Source of the DNA: a virus
Lineage: Duplodnaviria; Caudoviricetes
DNA: 64,000 nucleotides
Strand: one strand, 5' to 3'
IMG/VR virus record: IMGVR_UViG_3300033069_002007
Coordinates: 1 to 64,000 of that record
Each line of letters begins with the position of its first letter. The stretch's first letter is position 1. The notes under the pieces are model-generated. The model was not told the DNA's origin. It did not search any database and saw only the letters and a program-made list of their open reading frames with translations. Below are positions 16,806-26,449 of the stretch, piece after piece. Position numbers and translations under genes: made by a program.

Positions 16806-17184
16806 TTTTATCCTCCCACTTTTTTAAACTATCAATCAACTTATTCTTACTACTTACATAAGGGTCAATTGGTGGTTTCTTTTCATTTAAACCAACTAAT
16901 GTTTGAAAGTTTGCATTGAAAGCTTCCTCATAGATAGATATAGTTTGAAAGTCTCCAGTTATACCATCTAAGTGAACGAACTGATGGGAATCAAGATTGA
17001 ATAGTATTCCTTCTATGTCATTTATTTTAAAACTAGTTAGAAGGAACTTTCTAAAGTCAGAGTATATAAGATATAGTTTTCTTCCATCCTCTTCCTGATG
17101 TTCTGTCATATAGTAAACCAAGGGTTCACTCAATGCTGGTTTCATAAAGAAATCTATATACTTAAATTTGCTAGACTGAATCAT
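16765..17184 (-). CDS. hypothetical protein
   Basis: ORF in head operon. Confidence 0.55.
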   Translation of the reverse strand: MIQSSKFKYIDFFMKPALSEPLVYYMTEHQEEDGRKLYLIYSDFRKFLLTSFKINDIEGILFNLDSHQFVHLDGITGDFQTISIYEEAFNANFQTLVGLNEKKPPIDPYVSSKNKLIDSLKKWEDKNVFGNPYSRTRRL

Positions 17185-17581
17185 TTAATTTACTATCTAA
17201 GTTTTGATACAATACACCTTTACAGAAGTCTTCTATCCAAGTAGTCTGTTTAGTTTCTATTTTTGAAATGATATCATGAAAAGCATTACTGGATTCAATT
17301 TTATACTCTTCTTGTAATTCAAAACCTTTAGGTACAACAACTTTCTTAGTTTTAACTTTAACTTTAAATAAGTAAGGAATAACGAATTCGTTCTTACCTT
17401 CATAAAAGTTTAAAGTTATATATGCTATCAATGCTAGAAATACTTCTTGAACTTCCTTAGGATCCTTACCTAGAGCTGATGCTATTCTTTCAACATGATC
17501 CTTCTCATCTCTTGATAACTTTACTCTTTTTTTAGCAGGAGTATTGTTTTCAGATTTTAATGTTGGAGGTTCGTATATCAT
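17171..17581 (-). CDS. HU/IHF-like DNA-binding protein (putative)
   Basis: helix-helix (RIASALGKDPKEVQEVFLAL) followed by beta-arm FVIPYLFKVKVKTKK. Confidence 0.4.
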   Translation of the reverse strand: MIYEPPTLKSENNTPAKKRVKLSRDEKDHVERIASALGKDPKEVQEVFLALIAYITLNFYEGKNEFVIPYLFKVKVKTKKVVVPKGFELQEEYKIESSNAFHDIISKIETKQTTWIEDFCKGVLYQNLDSKLNDSV

Positions 17582-17584
17582 TAA

Positions 17585-17731
17585 CTATCCTTTCATTTTT
17601 TCTAAAACAGTATATTCATTTTCTGAAATCTGTTTTAATTTTTTACTGTTATCATCTTTCAATGATTCTTTCAAAGAGTTAAACTCTTCATTTGAAACTT
17701 CTTTACCTTTAACTTTTATTGTAGGTTCCAT
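17585..17731 (-). CDS. small 48-aa protein downstream of portal (not in ORF track)
   Basis: MEPTIKVKGKEVSNEEFNSLKESLKDDNSKKLKQISENEYTVLEKMKG; GAGG SD; fills the intergenic gap. Confidence 0.6.
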   Translation of the reverse strand: MEPTIKVKGKEVSNEEFNSLKESLKDDNSKKLKQISENEYTVLEKMKG

Positions 17732-17732
17732 A

Positions 17733-19730
17733 TTAATCCTCGCCTTTATTTAATGTTTTCATATCTAATTCCCAATCTTCAGCATCATCTTGTTTAGGTT
17801 TAGTATCCTCAAACATGTTTGATATTTTTCTGAGTTGTCTCAATTTATTATTCTTATGAATTTTTTCTTTGAACTCAGAATATTTACCTTGATTCTTAAT
17901 TTTTAACTCTTCATTCATGAGTTGAATTTTTGACTCAACTTTAAACTTCTCAAACAATGATATGTCAAAATCACTATTTTTCTTTCTTGACGATAAATAA
18001 TGTCTACCGTTTGCTTTATGTTCAGTTGCAAAACCAATTCTACCTTTGGTTATTTCTTCCTCAACTATAGATTCAATTAGTTTAGGTGAAGTCTTTCTTC
18101 TCAATGATTCAAAAGTAAAGTCTCTATTATCTTGTTGTTCAGTATCATCTACTTGTTGTTCATTCTGAGATTGAGCTATATCTGCTTGTTCTTTTTCTAT
18201 TTTATCTCTTTGTTCAACGAAATCATTTATCCACTTATCAATAGTTTCAGGATCGAATGCTGTTACTTTTTTATATACTTGTTTGATCAAATCAGGAGGT
18301 AATGGGATTTCATCCCCTCCCCCAACTCTTTCCTTTATCCCATCAAGTACTTCATTAGCTAATGCAAATAAATCTCTTTGTGATGAAATGAGCTCTGGGT
18401 TATTTTGTGATTCAGGATAAGGCATTGATAATTTAAAATCAATTTCTTCCATATTGAAGTCGCCTGATTGAATCATATCAATCTTTATCATTTGTGAAAC
18501 TTGTTCTAAGAAAATTGTTTGATACTTATATACTTTTCTTGCAAAAGGTTTATGTTGTTGGATCAAGGATACTCCTGAATTTCCAAAACCCCCATTGTTT
18601 GGATCCAAGAAGTTTCTCGGTAAACCAGTGGATATTACTATATCATCTCTCATTAACTCGATATCATCTATTCTACCCAAATTGATTTGAGGAGATTGTT
18701 GTTCATATTCAAACAAATCCTTAATAGTTATTTTTGCTTCACCTAAACCGTCATTCTCCTTTCTAACTTGTTGAAGTCCAGAGGCTTGCCAATATCTAAT
18801 GAAATTTGCAGCTAATTCAACTTTATCTGTAGGCATCCCACCTTGAGGGAAATTTAAAGTATAGACATCAATAGGCATATTTGCTTGTCTTGCTAATACT
18901 GCCATACCTAGAGCCATATCGTACATCTTAGTTGGAGCAAGTGAATAAATAAATGCTGGTATACCAAATGGAGCAAAGAAGGAGTTAGTATCGTAGTTTC
19001 TAAAATGTAAGAATCTCCAAGGAGGTAAAACAAATGAACCGACTTGAAATCCAAATAAGTAACTTCTAAAAAATGAAGCATAATCACCTTGATCCATAAT
19101 GTTCTGAGCAAGTAGTTGCATTTTCTTGTCATTACTAATATTTTTAAACATTGAGTTGAATCCAGTTGATCTCAACTCTTTCTCTACATCATGGGGTGTA
19201 AATTCAATTCGATCATCTATATCGAAAGGGTCAACATTTAAAATTTCAGATATTCCTTTATTATGGAATGTTAATATCCATCCTGCATCACCAGTAGTTA
19301 TTAAATTGTTTATCGTTGGAAAAATATATGAGTCAACATTTAATCTTATCAATAATTTTTCAATATATATTCTTTGTTTTTTATCCTTAGCTTCAACTGA
19401 TATGATTTGATTATTTGTGTCACCTTGTACTACTTCATGCCCTAACATCTCTCTTGCTGCTTGCATCAAAGCACTACTTTCAAACATCCTATACATATCC
19501 TTATACATAAGGATTCTATCTTCAAAATCATATATTAAACTCTGATTTTGATTCCAGGTGTTCCATAATTGTTTTACATACGGAGGAAATTGTTGAATAC
19601 TATCGGTATCACTTATTTGACCTCGATTATCGAATTTCTTTTGTAATGGTACTACTCTACCCTTGTCTACTTTAAAAGAATATTTGGAAAATAATGAGTT
19701 TAGTTTACCTTGAAAGTTTAAGTCTGCCAT
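17733..19730 (-). CDS. portal protein (T4 gp20-like)
   Basis: 665 aa; FLHFR...PFGIP...KMYDMALGMAVLARQAN...VYTLN resembles the gp20 core; upstream of core/protease/capsid genes. Confidence 0.8.
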   Translation of the reverse strand: MADLNFQGKLNSLFSKYSFKVDKGRVVPLQKKFDNRGQISDTDSIQQFPPYVKQLWNTWNQNQSLIYDFEDRILMYKDMYRMFESSALMQAAREMLGHEVVQGDTNNQIISVEAKDKKQRIYIEKLLIRLNVDSYIFPTINNLITTGDAGWILTFHNKGISEILNVDPFDIDDRIEFTPHDVEKELRSTGFNSMFKNISNDKKMQLLAQNIMDQGDYASFFRSYLFGFQVGSFVLPPWRFLHFRNYDTNSFFAPFGIPAFIYSLAPTKMYDMALGMAVLARQANMPIDVYTLNFPQGGMPTDKVELAANFIRYWQASGLQQVRKENDGLGEAKITIKDLFEYEQQSPQINLGRIDDIELMRDDIVISTGLPRNFLDPNNGGFGNSGVSLIQQHKPFARKVYKYQTIFLEQVSQMIKIDMIQSGDFNMEEIDFKLSMPYPESQNNPELISSQRDLFALANEVLDGIKERVGGGDEIPLPPDLIKQVYKKVTAFDPETIDKWINDFVEQRDKIEKEQADIAQSQNEQQVDDTEQQDNRDFTFESLRRKTSPKLIESIVEEEITKGRIGFATEHKANGRHYLSSRKKNSDFDISLFEKFKVESKIQLMNEELKIKNQGKYSEFKEKIHKNNKLRQLRKISNMFEDTKPKQDDAEDWELDMKTLNKGED

Positions 19731-19771
19731 TTATAATTACTCCATAATAATAAATAAAAATATTTTGTTTT

Positions 19772-21007
19772 CTATAAAAAGTCCACATAAAATGGATGTT
19801 TTTTATTTATGTTAACTGTTGATTTACCTAAATCAAGTGATGTTATAGCTTCACCATTTTCATCGATCCCATGAGCACATTCTAATATTAACCAGTTACC
19901 AGAATACTCAGTCGCTTTATTGTCCTTCTGATCATCGATCGATCTAAATCTTGTCTCAACTACTTTACCGGCACATAGAGAAGCGTTTAAATTTATATTA
20001 ACTTTTATCCTGTAAGGAAATGTTAAACTATCGATGTAGTTATTATTGACCCAACCTTTATAATGAGACTGTTGATAGAAATTATCCACTATACCAAAGT
20101 TTCTAATGGATCGAACCTTATCTAAATATTGTCGACGAACAGAATATTTGTTTTGTCCGAATCTATTACCACCAGATAATTTATCTGACAGCTTAATTTT
20201 AACTTCTACATATGTTCCTGTAGAATCCAATTTGTAATATGTTGAATTATAATCATCCATATTGTTAGGAGCACCTAACATTTGAACTGAATATTCTGTT
20301 ATTACATCATTTCTTACATCCTTATTAAACTGAGTTACTTCATCTTGTAAACCAAAATACAGTATAGTTTCTGGCTTTTGATTCATTAAATCAGTTGATG
20401 TTTCGAAGTGAAATTTTCCTTTTGAATCAATGAATGTAAAAAAGGGACTATTAATATTAGTTTCACTATAAGCATATTTAGACATCCTCTGTATGAACTG
20501 ATAATCATACTCATTGGATTGATACCATATATCATAGTTCGTATCTGAGGATATTTTAAAATCTGGTATATTGTTAGGATACTGATACGTAGTCATTATT
20601 TGACTAACTATTGAACTTATAGTTCCTCGATATGATTTATTCTTAGTCTCATCTTGTTTTAAAAAATTAGATTTTAGAGGAAATATTTCTGCACCTGCTA
20701 TAATTTCCTGAGAAGTAGGATCATTCATTTGAAATTCAGACCAATAGTAATTATGGTTTATTTTAAACTTTTCTGTTGGGTCAGAAAGTTTCATTTCAAT
20801 GTCTATACCTTCAGTGAAATAATTAGTTTCAGTAAATATAGATGCTTCATCCATAATAACTAATTCACAATAAGGGAAATAATTATATATTGAGTCCATA
20901 ACCATGACTCGATGTACTACCCCGGGAACAAAATCCTCTATACTAAACAAACTAGGATTAGTTTTAAAAGAAAGTTTAAAGGGATACGATTTGGTAACAT
21001 CACCCAT
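19772..21007 (-). CDS. contractile-tail baseplate hub-like protein (gp27/GpD-like)
   Basis: YQSNEYDYQFIQRM, FIDSKGKFHF, SGNWLILECAH pattern. Confidence 0.55.
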   Translation of the reverse strand: MGDVTKSYPFKLSFKTNPSLFSIEDFVPGVVHRVMVMDSIYNYFPYCELVIMDEASIFTETNYFTEGIDIEMKLSDPTEKFKINHNYYWSEFQMNDPTSQEIIAGAEIFPLKSNFLKQDETKNKSYRGTISSIVSQIMTTYQYPNNIPDFKISSDTNYDIWYQSNEYDYQFIQRMSKYAYSETNINSPFFTFIDSKGKFHFETSTDLMNQKPETILYFGLQDEVTQFNKDVRNDVITEYSVQMLGAPNNMDDYNSTYYKLDSTGTYVEVKIKLSDKLSGGNRFGQNKYSVRRQYLDKVRSIRNFGIVDNFYQQSHYKGWVNNNYIDSLTFPYRIKVNINLNASLCAGKVVETRFRSIDDQKDNKATEYSGNWLILECAHGIDENGEAITSLDLGKSTVNINKKHPFYVDFL

Positions 21008-21013
21008 ACCCTC

Positions 21014-21029
21014 AATTAGTATACTAATT
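21014..21029. promoter_or_regulatory. palindromic back-to-back putative late promoters
   Basis: perfect palindrome AATTAGTATACTAATT in the 26-bp gap between divergent genes. Confidence 0.6.
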
Positions 21030-21033
21030 TCCT

Positions 21034-21657
21034 ATGAGTAGGTTTAACGATAAAATATCTATAGCTCAGGTTTTCTATACATCCCTGAAACTATATAAAA
21101 CACAAGTTGACAATAAAGCAAGAAGAGCTCAAAAAGATATACGATCAGCTAAAATAATCAACAAAAACAATTTTGAATATAATCGATCAACTAAAACTTG
21201 GGAACAAACTGGTAGATCAAGTAAATTGGTTATAGAAGTCAGGTCTGATCCTAGATCATATCCAGCAATAGATACGATAAGAATACATAAGTATCCTATA
21301 GTGTTTGAGTTTCAGGATATATTTAAAGGTGCAGAAACTCCTTTTAAATGGAGAGAAGGATCTCAGAAAAAACCAGTATTTAAAGTTCCAGGTAAAGATT
21401 CCCAAGATATAGCTGACATAAATATTAGAGCACAGATACAGATGCAATTCTTCTTTGATATGGTTTGGGTTGCAAAACAAAACAATTTACTTTGGGGGAT
21501 TTGTCATGCTAATAGACCACCATCAATTAGGAACCCTAAAAAATTGATATACTTTGGTAAGCATGCTTATTGGGCGGTTAAAAATATAGTCATTCCGCTT
21601 TTGAGTAGTGATAAGTTAAAACAAGGTGTTGTGAAGAATAAATACAGACAGGATTAA
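21034..21657 (+). CDS. hypothetical protein, cysteine-less SWIM-like paralogue
   Basis: RPPSIRNP...FGKHAY aligns by eye with the SWIM CKH region, but the Cys ligands are absent. Confidence 0.5.
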   Translation: MSRFNDKISIAQVFYTSLKLYKTQVDNKARRAQKDIRSAKIINKNNFEYNRSTKTWEQTGRSSKLVIEVRSDPRSYPAIDTIRIHKYPIVFEFQDIFKGAETPFKWREGSQKKPVFKVPGKDSQDIADINIRAQIQMQFFFDMVWVAKQNNLLWGICHANRPPSIRNPKKLIYFGKHAYWAVKNIVIPLLSSDKLKQGVVKNKYRQD

Positions 21658-22277
21658 AATCTCAATGCTCTAATTGCTTTCTTTTCAGCATTTAATTTTT
21701 GTATGAATTCATTAACTATAGGTTCCATATCTTTAGGAGTTGGCCCTCGATACAAAGCCAGTTGAACTCTTTTTGATACTATATTTTTCCCAAAAAAGGA
21801 ACCCAGAAACTTAGTTATTTCTAATATCATGGGAATAGCATTTTGTCTCTCATCATAGAATACGTCAACTATTTTGTCATGTTGATTCAGGAAAACAGGA
21901 TCTTTATCGTATTCACCTTCAAATACTAGTTCTCCTTCAATTGGAAGTATATCCATAATATCTATACCTGTTACCGGAGAGTCAGTAGTAGGCATATCTC
22001 TTTTTTGGAATATCTCGATGCGATTAAAAGGATAATTAATTCTAACATTGGTTAATTCGTGACTATCTAGTCGTTCCTTAAAGTCTCCAAGTACTGATTT
22101 CTGTTGAAGCGTTCCTCTTTGTTTATAATAAGGTTTAACTACTTTATATACTCTTAGTAACTTAACATTAGTACCGGTTACATTTGCTTGAACATCTGAC
22201 AATCTTCGTATAACCGGAGATACTGAATCAGATACTCTGTCTAATATAGAATAGTCACGAATTGTTTGCTCAGACAT
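21654..22277 (-). CDS. hypothetical structural protein (possible neck/head completion)
   Basis: context only. Confidence 0.45.
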   Translation of the reverse strand: MSEQTIRDYSILDRVSDSVSPVIRRLSDVQANVTGTNVKLLRVYKVVKPYYKQRGTLQQKSVLGDFKERLDSHELTNVRINYPFNRIEIFQKRDMPTTDSPVTGIDIMDILPIEGELVFEGEYDKDPVFLNQHDKIVDVFYDERQNAIPMILEITKFLGSFFGKNIVSKRVQLALYRGPTPKDMEPIVNEFIQKLNAEKKAIRALRF

Positions 22278-22777
22278 TATTTTGCTACTAAATCGTCTTC
22301 CTCTTCTTCGTCTTCCTCGTCTGAATCCTTATCGTTCATGTTGAGTTCTCTGTCTTCACCGTCTTCCTCATCTTGTAGGTCATCAGTAGCAAACTCATCG
22401 TCGTTTTCCATATCTGAGTCGTCTTCGGAATCATCTTGTGAGTCATCATCTAGTGTTGTTTCCATACTTTCAACTTCAGAATCATCTAGATTAAAATCTT
22501 GTCCTTCTTCTGGAACTACATCAGCATATTCCTTCGCTAATGCTTTCATCTTGATAATGACTTTGTCAAGCATGTTTAGACCACTAGTTGAGGAATCACC
22601 ATCTTCAGCAAACGCCTCAGACATTCCTAAAAACATACCAATAGCTAAACTGTTAATTGAGATTGATGGATTTTCTTTGTACTTTAAAATGAATTTTTTT
22701 ATTTGATCGGCTAACTGCATTATTGATTGCGAATTGGAAGCCGTTCCTTCTGTAATAGAAGTAAGAGTTTTTTTCAT
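22277..22777 (-). CDS. acidic hypothetical protein
   Basis: D/E-rich C-terminal half; TACTAATTA upstream. Confidence 0.55.
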   Translation of the reverse strand: MKKTLTSITEGTASNSQSIMQLADQIKKFILKYKENPSISINSLAIGMFLGMSEAFAEDGDSSTSGLNMLDKVIIKMKALAKEYADVVPEEGQDFNLDDSEVESMETTLDDDSQDDSEDDSDMENDDEFATDDLQDEEDGEDRELNMNDKDSDEEDEEEEDDLVAK

Positions 22778-22794
22778 ACTAATTTCCTCACAAG

Positions 22795-22803
22795 TAATTA
22801 GTA
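22795..22803 (-). promoter_or_regulatory. putative late promoter TACTAATTA
   Basis: 17 nt before ATG with GAGG SD in between. Confidence 0.55.
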
Positions 22804-22818
22804 TGAAAAAATAATTAG

Positions 22819-23079
22819 TTAAGTTAAAAAGATTTGAACTCGATCACCTTTAGTGAGTTGAATTTGTTGATTCTTCCATTCAAGACCATTGTTGATAACT
22901 TCATAAAGTCTTACTTTAGAATCACCAAAGTTTTTCTTGATTCGTTTCAACCAATGATTATGTCTAAGGTCTAACTCTTTGTCTGAATTAAAGATTTCAT
23001 TCTGGGAAATTTGTAAGATTCCACCACTCTTTTTCAACTCTTGAAATGATTGTTTGTCTTTAGGTTCTTGTTTAGCCAT
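22819..23079 (-). CDS. hypothetical protein
   Basis: ORF with TAGGAG SD. Confidence 0.6.
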   Translation of the reverse strand: MAKQEPKDKQSFQELKKSGGILQISQNEIFNSDKELDLRHNHWLKRIKKNFGDSKVRLYEVINNGLEWKNQQIQLTKGDRVQIFLT

Positions 23080-23145
23080 TGTTATCTCCTAGTAAAAAAT
23101 AAGTCTCAATTCGTATCCTCTAGAGACCAACGAGGAAAGTAGGAG

Positions 23146-24000
23146 TTATTTACTTCGTTTCACTTTCTTTTTAGCAGCTGCTTTTTTCTTTGCAACTGGT
23201 TTAGCCTTTTTCTTTTGAATAGGTAAAGACTTCTTAACTGCTGCTTTTGAAGGAATAGTTACAACTTGTTCAGTTCGACTAGATTTCACAATTTTGAAAA
23301 CTTCATATTCACATACTCTCATTTTTGAATTGTTATAGTCGTTAGGAACAGCAACTACATCTTTTGGATTCACTAGGACTTCAACGATCGTATCTCCACT
23401 AAAGCTAGAAACATAACCCCATGCACCAACATGTAGACCATAGGAACAAGTTTGGTTTGCATCAGGATTAACTCTTGATCGTTCCATCTTAACTACAGAA
23501 CCAACATTATTCACAATGGTTTGAGAGTAAGAATCTAATAATTTTTTCTTCTTACCTTCTCCACTAGAAGTAACTTTCTTATATCCAATGAATCGACCAT
23601 CTTGAGTGAAAGCAAAATGGTTTGCTTCAAGGAAGCCAAACAATTGTTTTTTACTGTCTTCGGATGGATTCTTTTTAAGATTTGCCCAGAAATTTAAAAG
23701 ATATCTGTGACTGATTCTTTTCTTCTTCATTTCAATGAGGCGTCTTACTAAGACTTCTGGCATTACATCGCCTTCATACTTAACAAATCCATCAGCTACT
23801 TTGATTTCTCCTTTTGTATAAGCTTCAACACCAGCTGCTTGATTAAGTAAGGCTTCTAAGGCTTTCCAATTAGATTCCTTAATAAGTTTTCTAACTTTTA
23901 GGATTTTAGATTTCTGAGACTCTTTAGAAAGAATGTATGGTGTCTTTCCGAAGATGATTGAAATCTGTGATTTTGTTTCAACGATATTTGGTTTTTTCAT
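23146..24000 (-). CDS. rIIB: RIIB lysis-inhibition/anti-Rex protein
   Basis: FLEANH...DGRFIGYKKV, TCSYGLHVG, VNPKDVVAVPNDYNNSKMRVCEYEV. Confidence 0.9.
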   Translation of the reverse strand: MKKPNIVETKSQISIIFGKTPYILSKESQKSKILKVRKLIKESNWKALEALLNQAAGVEAYTKGEIKVADGFVKYEGDVMPEVLVRRLIEMKKKRISHRYLLNFWANLKKNPSEDSKKQLFGFLEANHFAFTQDGRFIGYKKVTSSGEGKKKKLLDSYSQTIVNNVGSVVKMERSRVNPDANQTCSYGLHVGAWGYVSSFSGDTIVEVLVNPKDVVAVPNDYNNSKMRVCEYEVFKIVKSSRTEQVVTIPSKAAVKKSLPIQKKKAKPVAKKKAAAKKKVKRSK

Positions 24001-24022
24001 AGTTTTTTATTTACTCCTACTT

Positions 24023-26326
24023 TTAAATAATAAATAACTTTTTACAAATTTCTAATATTTTTTCCTTATATTGGTTAGATGAGAATAATCCTTGTCCCCC
24101 TCGATCATAACAATACATTAGAGACGACAGTATCATATTAGTTTTGATACCAAGATTCAAATCGAGTATACCATCATATATGGTTTTACTCCTGGTTTTA
24201 ATAACTGTCGGTTTATCTAGTTGTTTTAACTCAAAATTACAATTTTGTTGAGTTGAAAATATATTTTTATCTCTATTCCGCTTATTGAATATTCTGGCTA
24301 AAACTATAGGTTTGTAATCACTAAATACCTTTCTTAACTCATCATGTGAATAAGAACTATTCCAGGATTTAAGCATGGTATTGTTTAAAAAAGTAGAATA
24401 AGTTTTTATAAACTCTTTGGATTTCCAAATTTGTTTCAACTCAACCATTCCAACTTGATTTTCAAAGATATCTTTACTAGATTGTTTGACAATATATATT
24501 GGAATATTTATTTTCAAATGTCTTAAAACTTCTAAACTTCTACCTACTAATAATTCAAAATCACTGGAACAATTTCTAATCAACCAATTAGGTGAATATT
24601 CTCGAAAATTTGACAAAACATTATCATTAAGTAATATGTAAATTCCTTCAGTTACTTCTTGAGTTAGCATCTCATCGCTAAACAATTTTTTAGTTCGTCT
24701 CTGAAAATAAAGTGTATTATCTTTTATTCTATCATTATTGCTAAAAAATACATACTGAAGTAAATTAATATGTACAGATTTTGGAATTTCTACTGGGACA
24801 GCAGCTGCAACTCCATTATGTATCACTTGAACTTCAGCTTTCTTTTTTGGTAAAGGCGTTGGGGCAATAGAGGAATAATTCACCACATCTATCCCATACT
24901 CCCTCAGTAATTGAGTTGCAGCTTTTAAGTTTTTAAGATATTCCTTTTTTATTGCATCATCTTTAAGTTTAGTTAGATCAAATGGTTCAATAAATATATC
25001 ACTCTTCTTTTCATTATATATCGTATAGTTTATAGTCGCTTTACTTCTTATATCTTTGACGATCAATCTAATATTATCCATTCCTTCTGTTAGAATTCTG
25101 TCAACAATATCAATAGTTTGCTTATTTCCCCATCTATGAGGTGCAACTCTAACAGAAAATCCCCCAACTTCAGAACTGTAATCTCTATCTACTATCATGG
25201 TTCTATTCTGAAAAACATTATTGATAATGTCTAAACTTTTAAATTTGTTTCCCTTCCAAGCTATCGACTCAATCTGAGATGTTTGTATTCCAAACAAACA
25301 ATACAAATTATTGTTTTTGATGGTTTTAAAAATAAATCTATGAGCCTGAATCAAAGAGGGTTGTGCATCTAGCTCCTTCTCTAAATCCAGTAGTAGTTTT
25401 TCACTAACTTTTGAGATTTTAGTTTTTAGTTTTGTTATCGTGACCTCATAAAAGAATAATGTTTCTCTATTTGCTGATATACTTAACTCTCCATTTGAAA
25501 AGGGGAAACATATAACCGTGTTATTCATACCAATATTTGCATTTAATCCTATAGTTCCGAATTGATTCAATGGAATAGGGTATTGAATGTCGTCAATAAG
25601 AATTATCAAACTGTTTAGAGTAGATTGATAATTATTGTTTCTGTATATTCTATACGCTGAGTTTATTTCTACTTCATCTAATTTAAGTTTGGATCTAGTA
25701 AAACCAATTAGAGTTGGTTGAATCTTCCAAAAAAGAGTTGAATGTAAAACTCGATCCTGAAAAGTTGATTTGTCTTGACTCTTAATTGGGATGATAATGC
25801 TGGTTCCATTTGGATCCTCAGTTTCAATTTCAGACAACAGAATCATTTCTCCTGTTCCTGCTGAATTCAGAGCTGCTGAATAGATGTACTTTATTTTGTC
25901 AACATTTGTTTCAACGAAGAAAGTATCAGTATAACTAAAAGGAGTCTTAGCCCCTAATCCAAAACCACCAGTTTGTTTGTTAGAATTTGTTTTTGTAGAT
26001 GATCCATAATTACAGAACACATCTTCCATTCTCGAAGGAGAAATTCCTGGTCCTTCATCTGTAAACATAATGACTGTTTCACTATCTGCGAATATCCAAG
26101 AATCCCTGATCGCAATAGTGATGGGCTTATTTGGTTTTCCAGCTTCTCTATTTGCATCACGAGCATTACAAGCAACTTCTCTACAAATTGCTCCAATTGG
26201 ATCCTCATACATTTTAGCTCTAAGGAACTCAAGAATTTTCCCAGTATCCTCTTTTCTGATACCAAATTCTATGGATTTAACATGACCATTTGTTTGAACT
26301 ATTTCTTTGGATTCAGCTAACTTCAT
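24023..26326 (-). CDS. rIIA: RIIA protein (N-terminal GHKL ATPase)
   Basis: REVACNARDA, DEGPGIS, YGSSTK, GGFGLGAKTPFSY; adjacent to rIIB. Confidence 0.88.
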   Translation of the reverse strand: MKLAESKEIVQTNGHVKSIEFGIRKEDTGKILEFLRAKMYEDPIGAICREVACNARDANREAGKPNKPITIAIRDSWIFADSETVIMFTDEGPGISPSRMEDVFCNYGSSTKTNSNKQTGGFGLGAKTPFSYTDTFFVETNVDKIKYIYSAALNSAGTGEMILLSEIETEDPNGTSIIIPIKSQDKSTFQDRVLHSTLFWKIQPTLIGFTRSKLKLDEVEINSAYRIYRNNNYQSTLNSLIILIDDIQYPIPLNQFGTIGLNANIGMNNTVICFPFSNGELSISANRETLFFYEVTITKLKTKISKVSEKLLLDLEKELDAQPSLIQAHRFIFKTIKNNNLYCLFGIQTSQIESIAWKGNKFKSLDIINNVFQNRTMIVDRDYSSEVGGFSVRVAPHRWGNKQTIDIVDRILTEGMDNIRLIVKDIRSKATINYTIYNEKKSDIFIEPFDLTKLKDDAIKKEYLKNLKAATQLLREYGIDVVNYSSIAPTPLPKKKAEVQVIHNGVAAAVPVEIPKSVHINLLQYVFFSNNDRIKDNTLYFQRRTKKLFSDEMLTQEVTEGIYILLNDNVLSNFREYSPNWLIRNCSSDFELLVGRSLEVLRHLKINIPIYIVKQSSKDIFENQVGMVELKQIWKSKEFIKTYSTFLNNTMLKSWNSSYSHDELRKVFSDYKPIVLARIFNKRNRDKNIFSTQQNCNFELKQLDKPTVIKTRSKTIYDGILDLNLGIKTNMILSSLMYCYDRGGQGLFSSNQYKEKILEICKKLFII

Positions 26327-26449
26327 ATTTTAACTCCTACTTTACTTAAATAATAAATAGAAAATTTAACTTTTAATTAACAATATTGTTACTTTTTGTA
26401 AAAATAAAATAAAAATCAACAAAATACTAAATAGAGTCGAGGAATATTA

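Noticed and set aside
22277-22520. Low-complexity GAT/GAA trinucleotide-like repeats (also 9960-10260)
   Set aside because: Explained by Asp/Glu-rich coding sequence, not a DNA-level repeat element.
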